DNA of 64,000 nt from an uncultured Desulfobacterales bacterium (GTDB taxonomy: Bacteria; Desulfobacterota; Desulfobacteria; Desulfobacterales; Desulfobacteraceae), in NCBI GenBank assembly GCA_964478245.1, contig CAYZHB010000001.1, forward strand, positions 43,249 through 107,248. Direction: 5' to 3'. Shown in pieces: positions 8,956 to 17,494 of this stretch (its first letter is position 1; each line of letters opens with the position of its first letter). The position numbers and the translations under genes are program-made. The notes beneath the pieces were generated by a model, which searched no databases, had not been told where the DNA came from, and worked only from the letters and a program-made list of their open reading frames with translations.

Positions 8956-9570
8956 TTACCGGGTATCCTCCGGCGTGGGCAATTTCAGCGGCGACATGAA
9001 AGTGACTTCTTTGAAAAGGGCGGCATCGTTTGCCAGAATAAATTGTCGAACGCCTGCGGTATCCTCGGTGACATACACAGGCGAATGCTTCTTTTGATCA
9101 TCGGTTTTTCCTTTGAGACCTCCTTTCCTGACCGCCTGCTCGACGGGCGCCGCGTCCATGAGGGATACGCCGAGGCGGCCGCCCAGCATCTGATATTTCA
9201 CCAACAGGTAACCGCGCGTTTCATTTTTTTCCGGTTCAAGCGGTGTGAGATTCAGATAGGTGCTGCCGCCGAATGCGGTGGTATGACCTTTAAAACCGGA
9301 ATGTTTCATCTGGTGTGAACCGCTGAATTCAATCATCAGAAGGGTGAACCGGTCTGATTTCCCCTTTTTCCCGATGTGAACCAAACCGGATTCGTCTTCA
9401 TCCTGCCAGTACCAGGAACCGAAAACATCCGGATCGAGTACCTGCTCGCCGGTTGAGCTCAGCGGGTTTTCAAAATACGCGATACAGCCGGTCAGAGAAA
9501 ACAGGCACACGCACACCAGCAGAATACAGCCATTTTTGACGGCCCGTTTCCATTTGTTGCAGGTTTTCAT
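8956..9570 (-). CDS. Hypothetical lipoprotein
   Basis: Signal peptide ending in the lipobox LTGC (LLVCVCLFSLTGC). No recognisable domain. Confidence 0.55.
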   Translation of the reverse strand: MKTCNKWKRAVKNGCILLVCVCLFSLTGCIAYFENPLSSTGEQVLDPDVFGSWYWQDEDESGLVHIGKKGKSDRFTLLMIEFSGSHQMKHSGFKGHTTAFGGSTYLNLTPLEPEKNETRGYLLVKYQMLGGRLGVSLMDAAPVEQAVRKGGLKGKTDDQKKHSPVYVTEDTAGVRQFILANDAALFKEVTFMSPLKLPTPEDTR

Positions 9571-9574
9571 TGTG

Positions 9575-10612
9575 TCAATTCCTCTTTTGCCGGCATCGAA
9601 TGCCGGTTGTTATTATTTTATCTGTGCCGGTCCATATGGCGCCGGTATCCCAGGTGTGGAACTTCAGGTTGAGGGTGACCGCCTGCCGGGGACTTTTTAA
9701 TAAAAAATAGGAAATCGCGGAAGGGGCTTCAGCACTGTAACCATAGACACACTTAATGCCCTTGTTGCCGTGAAGCGTTTGAAATTTTGCCCGACGGACA
9801 AGGGTGTGATACTGGTCCTGTTTTACCGTTCGCGCCAGTTTTGCTTTATACGCGTTCACCTTGCACACGAAATCAGCCAGCGATACTGTCGTGTTTCTGG
9901 ATTCGATGGAGACGGATAGAGAACACTGGGGTCCCAGAACCGTGTCAGGCGAATGAAATTCCCAATGAGCGGGCAAATCCAGGCTGATACCCGCATCTCT
10001 GAAGGATATGGTTTGCAGAATATCGACGGTTTCGGTATTTTCGGCTGTTCCCTCAGGATAAGGAAGTGCATATTCCTCAATTTCATCTCTTGATGTGGGG
10101 GAGAGTCTGTAATAAAAGTTCCGCCTGATAATTCGGCCGGCCCTGTTTTTTCGGGTGTAGTGGTAACGGTAACCGTCTATGCGGCCGTTTTGAAGAAGAA
10201 AGGACTCTTTTTCTTCTTCTTCAGGTGTGCTTCTGTCTATCAGCCATATTTTGTTTTTTTTCATGCACAGATTGTGATGGTTTCTGATCAACCGTGCCTC
10301 ATAAAGCAAGGTTGATTCACCGGCAGCCGCACGCCAGTGAACGAGTGCCAACTCCCCGGCCTCAATCCCCTCGAATCCGCCTTTAACCAGTTCGAGAAAC
10401 CGGATGTCAGGACAGGGATTGTACAAACCACGGTTCAATTTACATTCTGCTTGAACAACCCGGTATACCCCCAAATGGTTTTCAATGTCGTATGCGTGTG
10501 CAAAAGGACGGACAGGAAGCAGCATCATTACAAACACCATAAGGGGGGCCGAGAAAATACAAAAGCGCCTGATTCCTGTTGTCATGGGATCCCTTTTTAT
10601 CTGTTTAAGCAT
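9575..10612 (-). CDS. Hypothetical exported protein
   Basis: 345-aa ORF with an N-terminal hydrophobic segment (FCIFSAPLMVFVMMLLPVRPFAHA). It lies 4 nt upstream of the lipoprotein gene. No recognisable domain. Confidence 0.5.
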   Translation of the reverse strand: MLKQIKRDPMTTGIRRFCIFSAPLMVFVMMLLPVRPFAHAYDIENHLGVYRVVQAECKLNRGLYNPCPDIRFLELVKGGFEGIEAGELALVHWRAAAGESTLLYEARLIRNHHNLCMKKNKIWLIDRSTPEEEEKESFLLQNGRIDGYRYHYTRKNRAGRIIRRNFYYRLSPTSRDEIEEYALPYPEGTAENTETVDILQTISFRDAGISLDLPAHWEFHSPDTVLGPQCSLSVSIESRNTTVSLADFVCKVNAYKAKLARTVKQDQYHTLVRRAKFQTLHGNKGIKCVYGYSAEAPSAISYFLLKSPRQAVTLNLKFHTWDTGAIWTGTDKIITTGIRCRQKRN

Positions 10613-10631
10613 GCTGATCGCTGCCGGTGAT

Positions 10632-10785
10632 GGGTCGTTTCCAAACCGGTGACGATGCTCCTGTAATTACCGTCACCGATTGAAACACTGACGTGTTTAT
10701 GTTTTTCCGGCTATGCATAGCCTGGCTCGCCAGAGATGCGAATGCACACACGTCAAGCCACCCGCTTCGTGGGTGGTCGTTGACT
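10632..10785 (+). repeat. Family-1 multi-hairpin repeat, divergent copy A
   Basis: Shares GATTGAAACACTGACGTGTTT, TTCCGG, AAGCCACCCGCTTCGTGGGTGGTCGTTGACT with the other copies. The first hairpin is replaced by a different perfect stem (CGGTGACG...CGTCACCG), and there is a ~25-nt insertion before the last hairpin. Confidence 0.7.
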
Positions 10786-10930
10786 TTTAGATCTTTATCA
10801 GCTTATCAAGTTGAAAGCAAGACTGTGGTTTATAGAAATTCCGAATCACCAGTATTTCAGTTATAATAAACACGAACTTTAACATTGAACTTTGTTCAGC
10901 TTACAAGGTCTGTGGAAAAGGTGATCGAAA

Positions 10931-10993
10931 ACAGCCGTTGTTGGCTGTACAAAATCAGCCGATCGGCATCTGCTGAAAATGTTCCGTCGGCTG
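10931..10993 (+). promoter_or_regulatory. Two inverted repeats sharing the half-site ACAGCCG/CGGCTGT (candidate enhancer/UAS, or alternatively an intrinsic terminator)
   Basis: ACAGCC-N6-GGCTGT lies at 10931-10948. CAGCCGATCGG-N17-CCGTCGGCTG lies at 10956-10993 and is followed by TGTTTTTTGTT. The repeats sit 60-125 nt upstream of the sigma-54-like promoter. Confidence 0.35.
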
Positions 10994-11055
10994 TGTTTTT
11001 TGTTCGAGATTACGGGTTGTGAGGTTCATGAAAGATTCCCGGGTGTGCCTGAAAC

Positions 11056-11071
11056 TGGTATGTTTTTTGCT
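11056..11071 (+). promoter_or_regulatory. Sigma-54 (-24/-12) type promoter
   Basis: TGGTATGTTTTTTGCT compared with consensus TGGCACG-N4-TTGCW. The GG and GC dinucleotides have the correct spacing. It lies 125 nt upstream of the ATG at 11196. Confidence 0.55.
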
Positions 11072-11195
11072 CTCGTGAACGCTGTGAACAGATAGTGCCG
11101 GCATGGCGGAGGTCGGCCGCAATTCTGCCGTTTCACCGGTATCATGTATAACCGGTTTTATTGATGGATATCGATTTTTTACGTAAGGAGGTCTC

Positions 11196-12083
11196 ATGTC
11201 AGTCTTGTTACGCAATGGTTTGCTGGTATTCCTTTTGACGATGGTTTTTCTCCTCTTTTCGGCACCGGCTGTCTTTGCCTGCGGCGGCGGCGGCGGCGGT
11301 GGAGGCGGCGGCGGAGGGGGTGATAAATTTGATGATGATCAGGTTTCCGAGAGCAATTCACCGCCTCCCGGTTTTTCTGAAACGGGTTTTGATGTGGGTT
11401 CGGACGCGAGCTATGCAGAGGGGGAAACCTCGGATGCAGATGAACTCACCGACCAATTTCTGGAGGAATTCGGGCTGGGCGGGGAAATCGGCTTGCCTGA
11501 TCCGTCAACAGGTTCAGTCGGTTCTTCTGAGACCACCGGTTCTGTGGAGAGCTCAGTTGAAGAGGAGATTACACAGCATGCGCTGGAACAGGAGGAAAAA
11601 GAGGAGGCCCAAACGCAGCAAGCCGCAGCCGACGAGGAAAGAGAGCAGGAAAGGCTGGAGCGGTACAACAATTATATCAGCAAGCTGCCTGAGAAGGCGC
11701 GGCACGGTTTAACGCGCCGGGAACTCATGGGATATGCCCAGATAAATGAATGGAGAGAAAAGGGCGTGCCCGAGTCTGTTATCCGGCAGGAACTGGACAG
11801 GCTCACCGAACAGATTGCCCAGAGGAGAAAAAAATCAAAGGAGCGGTTCGAACGGGCCCATGAAGATGCCAACTGGATCGCGAAACAGATGGTAAGTATG
11901 CAAATACATTTCCTGACCGGTGGTTCCTTTTTTGCCGGTTTGGCTTTCAATGTCGCAACAGAAGGGGAAAAGGGCGCCGCAAATTCAATTGCAACACAGG
12001 CGGTCACCTCCCGGCTTCCGGGCGGAAATGCCGCCACAAGAGCGGCTGTAAGTCAGGTTGTCTCGAATGTGGTGAACGAATAG
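11196..12083 (+). CDS. Exported/lipo-protein with Cys29-(Gly)13 mature N-terminus, acidic low-complexity and coiled-coil regions
   Basis: MSVLLRNGLLVFLLTMVFLLFSAPAVFAC-GGGGGGGGGGGGG-DKFDDD... AGGAGG lies upstream of the ATG. It is paralogous at the N-terminus to 12890..13420. Confidence 0.65.
   Translation: MSVLLRNGLLVFLLTMVFLLFSAPAVFACGGGGGGGGGGGGGDKFDDDQVSESNSPPPGFSETGFDVGSDASYAEGETSDADELTDQFLEEFGLGGEIGLPDPSTGSVGSSETTGSVESSVEEEITQHALEQEEKEEAQTQQAAADEEREQERLERYNNYISKLPEKARHGLTRRELMGYAQINEWREKGVPESVIRQELDRLTEQIAQRRKKSKERFERAHEDANWIAKQMVSMQIHFLTGGSFFAGLAFNVATEGEKGAANSIATQAVTSRLPGGNAATRAAVSQVVSNVVNE
11283..11321 (+). repeat. (GGN)13 trinucleotide tract encoding poly-Gly
   Basis: ggc ggc ggc ggc ggc ggt gga ggc ggc ggc gga ggg ggt, in frame immediately after the TGC (Cys29) codon. 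Confidence 0.9.
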
Positions 12084-12294
12084 ATTAAAGGATGGGCCGG
12101 TGAGGCATAAAAGCCTCTTCGGCAATACCTCCTTTTCGGATGACAGCCCTCCGGGTTGTAAGGAAACTTTATCGTACATATCAAGGATAACAAAGATGGC
12201 TGCTAACTCTCAGAATATATGGTTAGAAAGTCCAAGAATCGTTATCCCGCATACCCCGGTTACCCCGCGCTATCCCGCAAGAAAATAGTATAAT

Positions 12295-12750
12295 TTGTAC
12301 CCCGCTTATCCCGCCCCTCATTATGTGTTACCGGCATTAAGGGATAAACCCGAAGATATCAGGGAACTTGCCGAATATTTTGTTCAAACCTACTGTCGGG
12401 CGTTTAACAAACCGGTCTTGAACATCACCCGGGAAGTTCTGAATGTGTTAAAACATTATGCCTGGCCGGGGAATGTAAGAGAGTTGAAAAACGTTATGGA
12501 AAATATCGTTATCACCTGTGATCAATCCCATATTGCCGTGGAGAATTTACCCGAGACAATATATGGCGAGGATAAACCGCTGGATCTGCAGGAAACGGAA
12601 ACCCGGAACCTTGACATGGCAGCACATGAACGCAGCCTGCTTCTGGCCGCTTTGAAAAAAAGCGGCTGGAACCAGTCCAAGGCCGCCAGAGAACTCTGTA
12701 TTACCCGAAGCGCCCTTGGCTACCGCCTTCAAAAATACGGTATTAAATAA
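12295..12750 (+). pseudogene. Truncated sigma-54-dependent (NtrC/Fis-family) transcriptional activator: only the end of the AAA+ domain plus the Fis-type HTH
   Basis: VLPALRDKPEDIRELAEYF...WPGNVRELKNVMEN...and C-terminal NQSKAARELCITRSALGYRLQKYGI. There are no Walker A/B, GAFTGA or receiver/sensor parts. The ORF opens with a TTG inside non-coding-looking repeats. Confidence 0.7.
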
Positions 12751-12889
12751 TTGTTTTTTCCTTCGACCGCCTTGAAACCGGATCAGCACTTGGGAACAAA
12801 CAATGATTTACAAACTTGACATAATCATTTCTGCGCCATAAGATGTATTGACTTTTTAATGCAACGCTTCTAGAAAGGAGAAGAGTGTC

Positions 12890-13420
12890 ATGTCAAGACT
12901 TATTCGCAAATCCGTGTTGGTTTCTGCTTTGATTTTAGCGGTCATGCTGTATGTGACACCGGCTGCATTCGCCTGCGGCGGCGGCGGTGGCGGTGGCGGT
13001 GGTGGCGGAGATTCAAAAAGTGAGGACGATTCCGCCGTATCGGTCAGTATCGGCGGGGCCCCTTCTGATATCGATCCCGGTGCCTCGGGCACAAGTTCAT
13101 CCCCTTCTCAAGGCGATCCGTCCGCCAGCCCGGACACGGTCCATATCGCCGGGTGGCAGGTTGACAGGGCCGATATTGACGCCCAGATGGAAGAAGAGAA
13201 AATGACGGAAAACATCCAGAGCCTGATCAATTTCATGGATGAAAATTCCGGGGCGGATGCGGTTGATAAGGAGATACAGGAACTGGCTTTGCAGACCATC
13301 ACAGCGACTTATTTGCACGTTCGGTTAACCCGCCCGGACGCAACCCACCAGGAGGCCATGCTGGCGGCTGTAACAATCTGCAACTTCAGGGCTTCTTTTA
13401 TAAACGACAACTCTTATTAA
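12890..13420 (+). CDS. Exported/lipo-protein with Cys29-(Gly)11 mature N-terminus (paralog of 11196..12083)
   Basis: MSRLIRKSVLVSALILAVMLYVTPAAFAC-GGGGGGGGGGG-DSKSEDD... AAGGAG lies upstream of the ATG. A possible sigma-70 promoter is TTGACA (12816-12821), 17 nt, TAAGAT (12839-12844). Confidence 0.6.
   Translation: MSRLIRKSVLVSALILAVMLYVTPAAFACGGGGGGGGGGGDSKSEDDSAVSVSIGGAPSDIDPGASGTSSSPSQGDPSASPDTVHIAGWQVDRADIDAQMEEEKMTENIQSLINFMDENSGADAVDKEIQELALQTITATYLHVRLTRPDATHQEAMLAAVTICNFRASFINDNSY
12977..13009 (+). repeat. (GGN)11 trinucleotide tract encoding poly-Gly
   Basis: ggc ggc ggc ggt ggc ggt ggc ggt ggt ggc gga, directly after the TGC (Cys29) codon. Confidence 0.9.
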
Positions 13421-13485
13421 TGCTGTTGTCTGGGCGGACAATATGCCTGACAGCGCGTATTTTTAAGGATATCAAAGGAGGGGGG

Positions 13486-14562
13486 ATGAAAAAAACCGGG
13501 GGCTTTCTTTTGTTCGGGATATGTGTTTTTCTGCTGGGTTCCTGCGTGACACTGGACACCCTGGGGCCGTCTGAAAAAAAGCAGGGGCAAACGGAACCAC
13601 TTGTCAAAGAACTGCCCCTCGTGAATTTTGATGATCTGGACAAGGATGCGGCAAAAGGCCTTGTTGCCATTGAAAAAGCGAAACTCAATGCACTGGATAC
13701 CCACCAGTCTTTTCTTTATACCCGGCGGACACCGGAAAGCCGACTTCTTTTAAACAACAAAACCGACTATTTTCAATTTGAAACCCGCAAGCTGGCTTTT
13801 ACGGAAAACACGGTCAACCCGGACGGCACACGCACACTCGGCGTCGTCTGTTTGTCGGTGGATGCGCTCGGAAGAAGAGATCTGAGTAAAAACCGGATTG
13901 TCTACAAAACAGACAAACTGAACCGGGCGGAAGCCGAGGCGATGGAAGCCTCGTTGTGGCAGGAGGCGAAAAAGGTGAGAAGTCTTACTGACAGACAGTT
14001 GAGCCGGCTGGTGAAAGAGAGTGTAAAGGAGTACCAGACCGCCAACCAGCTGATGGTGGACGGTATCATCGGCAGGCAGACAATAGGTACCATGCTGCAG
14101 CATATTCCTGTCATAGAAATCAGGGAGGTTTCAACCGAGGTGGCGTATCCTGAGAAGCCGGTGTATGACGCCTATATTATAGAGGCATCCGCCATGACAC
14201 CGGCACACTTCAACCGTGGATTTGAAAGCATCGCAGAAGTGAGGAAACACGCCCTCTCCTTTGATGAATTCAGACAAATCGCCGAACCGGGCAAACAGTT
14301 TTATGCCTGTATTTACTTTTTTGATCGGGTCAGCCCATCATACGCCCTTAAATGGGGGATTGCGACCAGTGCCGCCGGCAGGGCGGAAAAGATGAGCCGG
14401 ACATTCTATGCCAGGCCCCACGCCTGGCCCATGGTTATTGAATCGTTTACAACCGAATCGGAATTCAATAGTTCAGAACTGTATGTCAATCTTTATCGGG
14501 AGACCCAAGGGATGCTGGGCATACCCCTGGCAAAACTGGTTGCCAGCCGGGCGATCCGGTAG
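13486..14562 (+). CDS. Lipoprotein with peptidoglycan-binding (PG_binding_1-like) motif
   Basis: ATG at 13486 after GGAGGGGGG. MKKTGGFLLFGICVFLLGSC lipobox. LMVDGIIGRQTIGTMLQ resembles the PG-binding repeat. Confidence 0.55.
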   Translation: MKKTGGFLLFGICVFLLGSCVTLDTLGPSEKKQGQTEPLVKELPLVNFDDLDKDAAKGLVAIEKAKLNALDTHQSFLYTRRTPESRLLLNNKTDYFQFETRKLAFTENTVNPDGTRTLGVVCLSVDALGRRDLSKNRIVYKTDKLNRAEAEAMEASLWQEAKKVRSLTDRQLSRLVKESVKEYQTANQLMVDGIIGRQTIGTMLQHIPVIEIREVSTEVAYPEKPVYDAYIIEASAMTPAHFNRGFESIAEVRKHALSFDEFRQIAEPGKQFYACIYFFDRVSPSYALKWGIATSAAGRAEKMSRTFYARPHAWPMVIESFTTESEFNSSELYVNLYRETQGMLGIPLAKLVASRAIR

Positions 14563-14675
14563 CAGGTGTTTCGTCTTGTAAAAAATCACCGGCAATTATC
14601 AAAACCGGTTTTATCCGTTTTTCAACTCAAAATATAAATGATGATCATCTGGACGCCGGGCGCGTTTTTGTTTTT

Positions 14676-15743
14676 TCACTCTTTTCTGTTTTGTACAGGC
14701 TCAAGGCAGATACTGAAGTCATCATGATCGGTATCCAGCGGCAGGCCGATAAGACAGAAGGGCGCGACCCCCATGGTCAGCATGTCACACGGCATGCCGA
14801 TAAAGGCGAAATCCGTCTGCAGCATGACGGTTTCCTCTTTAATGATTATCAGGCTTAAAACCGATCGGTTTTCACGGTCGAGGGGGTCGGCTGAAAACCG
14901 GATGCACCAGTTGTGGCCGCCGGTATCGGTAAAACTGCAGCGCCCTTCGGCATAGGTGCCGTCCCGGCTGCAGTAGATGCCGTCCTGCCGTATAAAGGGG
15001 TTTTCATTGTCCATTGTGGCGATCTCGGTCTTGTGGGGAAGCAGGTGCAGCGGAATTTTGCGCTCTTTTCCGGGCCCGTAAATAACCGACAGGCAAAACC
15101 GGTCCGTGATATCCGGCGGGTGAAAGGGGCGGGAGATGGTTACGGGATGCCCTTTCAGGATGACCGTCGCCTTTTCCCCGGAAAACGGTTCAGCCCTGTC
15201 ATAAACAGGGGGAATGACCATTTTCCCTTCCTTGTCGATGTATCCCCAACGGCCGCCTGTTATCCGGGTGTGTTCGCCGTCGGGCACAGGGGCGCAGCCG
15301 TTGCAGACGGCGGCATATCCGCCGGAAAAGGGCAGGGCGAAATCAAACCGTGCTTTCACGGTTTTATTGCCGCTTTTATCCATGAAACCGATTTTTCCGT
15401 TTTCCACGAACCGGGCAAGCCCCTCCCGGAAATAGTCCGGCCCGTTGTCATACAGGTACGGAGTTAACATTTCATTTCCGTTTGTGTCGATGTATTTCCA
15501 GCCGTTTTGATCAGCTGCCGCGGCAATGCCCTGTTCACTGAATTCAAGGGCTGTTATGTACCGGGGCGGCACCACTGTCTCACCTTCTGGTGTGCGGTAA
15601 CCGTAAAGATCGCTGCCGGTATCCTGAAACACCACAGGATGCCCGGAACCGGTAATGCCACAGCCGGAAAAAGCGGGTAAAATCAGAAGAAAAAAGCACA
15701 AACCGATCCGCCTGAAATTACCTGCACAGGAATGGCAATTCAT
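14676..15743 (-). CDS. WG-repeat (KWG-type) lipoprotein
   Basis: Signal peptide with FSGC. Repeated motifs are ...GWKYIDTNGNEMLTP..., GKIGFMDKSGNKTVKARFD..., WGYIDKEGKMVIPPVYD... Confidence 0.65.
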   Translation of the reverse strand: MNCHSCAGNFRRIGLCFFLLILPAFSGCGITGSGHPVVFQDTGSDLYGYRTPEGETVVPPRYITALEFSEQGIAAAADQNGWKYIDTNGNEMLTPYLYDNGPDYFREGLARFVENGKIGFMDKSGNKTVKARFDFALPFSGGYAAVCNGCAPVPDGEHTRITGGRWGYIDKEGKMVIPPVYDRAEPFSGEKATVILKGHPVTISRPFHPPDITDRFCLSVIYGPGKERKIPLHLLPHKTEIATMDNENPFIRQDGIYCSRDGTYAEGRCSFTDTGGHNWCIRFSADPLDRENRSVLSLIIIKEETVMLQTDFAFIGMPCDMLTMGVAPFCLIGLPLDTDHDDFSICLEPVQNRKE

Positions 15744-15757
15744 TTTGAGCGGTCTCC

Positions 15758-16336
15758 TTATGATCCGGTTTTGATGCTTTTGCCGATGGAAAAGGCGTCT
15801 CCCAGTTTTTCGCCGATGCGGTGATATGTGCCGCAGGCCGGTGCATAGGCCACCGGATCCACTTTTCCGATATCCGGCGTATCCTTGTCGGCCAGTACAT
15901 CCTCGTCCGCCTTGATGTCAAGGATTTCGCCGATGAACTGGGTGTGCAGGCCGATTTCAAACGTATGGACAAGCCGGCATTCCAGCACCAGGGGAAACTC
16001 TTCAATATAGGGCGCATCGACAAGTTCACTTTTGACCGGTGTCAAACCGGTTTTCGCAAACTTGTCTTCATTTTTGCCCGATGCAATACCGAAATAGTCG
16101 GCCTCTTTAAAATATTTCGCCGGTGTAATGTTCAACGTGTAGGCATTGTGTGCCGCAATACAGTCGTAACTGTAGGTGGCTTTTCTCAGGGAAACGGTGA
16201 CGCACGGGGGCTTGGAACAGCAGATACCGCCCCAGGCGGCCGTCATTGCATTGGGTTTTCCGTCACTGTCATAGGTTGCGACAACAAGGACAGGCGTCGG
16301 GTAGAGTATGGTCTTGGCACCGAGTGATTTTTTCAT
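15758..16336 (-). CDS. Flavin reductase-like FMN-binding protein (flavoredoxin family)
   Basis: [30 protein letters not shown]. The start at 16336 is preceded by GGAGGT (the listed ORF extends to 16381). Confidence 0.75.
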   Translation of the reverse strand: MKKSLGAKTILYPTPVLVVATYDSDGKPNAMTAAWGGICCSKPPCVTVSLRKATYSYDCIAAHNAYTLNITPAKYFKEADYFGIASGKNEDKFAKTGLTPVKSELVDAPYIEEFPLVLECRLVHTFEIGLHTQFIGEILDIKADEDVLADKDTPDIGKVDPVAYAPACGTYHRIGEKLGDAFSIGKSIKTGS

Positions 16337-16443
16337 TTTTACCTCCGGTATGGGATTGTCTGTTTTATCCGGTGTTTTCAATCCGGGATTAAAAACACGG
16401 ATGGCTTTTATCCTGTATACATATGCATTTTAAGAAGCGGCTG

Positions 16444-16983
16444 CTATTTGTTCCTGAAAAATCCGTAAATCGCGCCGACAAAACCGCCTGCCAGGTGACT
16501 GAACTGGGAGATTCTGTCTATTTTGAAGATTTCTGCCACCTCGCTTCCGATGAACACACCGGCGATAATAATAAATGTCAATGGAATCTCCCGGGCGCGG
16601 ATGTTTGAAAAAGAGCTGAGAATAATCAGCATGAAGGCGATCCCGCTTCCGCCGGCAAGAGAAGTTGAGAATAAAAGCGTGTTGAGCAAGGCCGTCAGGA
16701 CCGCGGTGACAAGTATAATTTCCAGAAGCCTGCCGGAACCGTACTTTTCCTCAAGCAGGGGACCGATGAGCAGGATGACAATCAGATTGCCTGCCAGATG
16801 TTGCCAGCCGGAATGGCCGGCAATGTATGAGGCAAGTCTGACGTAAAACAGGGGAGAGGCAAAAGAAAAATCAGCGGGCGACGAAAAATATCTGGCGGAA
16901 AAGCCGCTGCTGACAGACGCCAGAACGCATATGGCGGCGATTGAATAGGTCAGGATCACCGGGGCATTGTATTTGATTTTCAT
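16444..16983 (-). CDS. Rhomboid-family intramembrane serine protease
   Basis: Polytopic protein with GGSGIAF (Ser) and FSHLAGGFVGAIYG (His) motifs. Confidence 0.7.
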   Translation of the reverse strand: MKIKYNAPVILTYSIAAICVLASVSSGFSARYFSSPADFSFASPLFYVRLASYIAGHSGWQHLAGNLIVILLIGPLLEEKYGSGRLLEIILVTAVLTALLNTLLFSTSLAGGSGIAFMLIILSSFSNIRAREIPLTFIIIAGVFIGSEVAEIFKIDRISQFSHLAGGFVGAIYGFFRNK

Positions 16984-17494
16984 GGGGTTTTCTCTCCTCT
17001 GTAATCCGCACCGGGCCGGTTATCCCCTTCATATCTGTAACCGGATGTATAGACCTTCATGGCCGCCTCCCTGTTTCGGATCTTTTCCGTATCAAGACAA
17101 TTCATTGTATCCGTTTTCCGGCAGGACTGCAACCCCGTGATGATACGCCGGTGATGTCGGCCTGTTGACAAAATGTTTCCTGTTATTTACGCTGTAGTAT
17201 TTAAATCGGCATTTCAGGCAGTTATCGCTCAGGGCAGAAAAAGTTAAAGACCGTGCCGTTCTTCATTTGGTCAACATCCGTATGGGTGGGGCTGACCGGT
17301 AACAGCGCCTTTCAAGAAAAGGGTCGCCGGTGCCGAAGGTAATTGTTGTGAATCGTATGATCGCGGATGGCGGAAAACGCTTGAACCGGCCACGGTTGTT
17401 TTTTGTTTGATATCAGCTCCTTTGAGAACGGACAGGCGGCAGAAAAATGCGCAGGTCCTAAAGGAGAACACGGCGCATCCAGGAGGCCGATGTT

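Noticed and set aside
10955-11215. 86-aa minus-strand ORF in the intergenic region.
   Set aside because: It overlaps the sigma-54-like promoter and the inverted repeats, has no RBS and no domain, and runs into the start of the plus-strand gene.
12856-13092. Minus-strand ORF encoding a poly-proline run.
   Set aside because: It is the reverse-complement reading of the (GGN)11 tract. The plus-strand gene has an RBS, a signal peptide and a paralog.
17165-17409. Possible small RNA or leader upstream of the J-domain gene. It consists of TTGACA-N17-TACGCT, then an AACCG-GCCA-CGGTT hairpin followed by a T-run at 17384-17409.
   Set aside because: The -10 element is poor and the stem is only 5 bp. 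This is too weak to call without transcript data.
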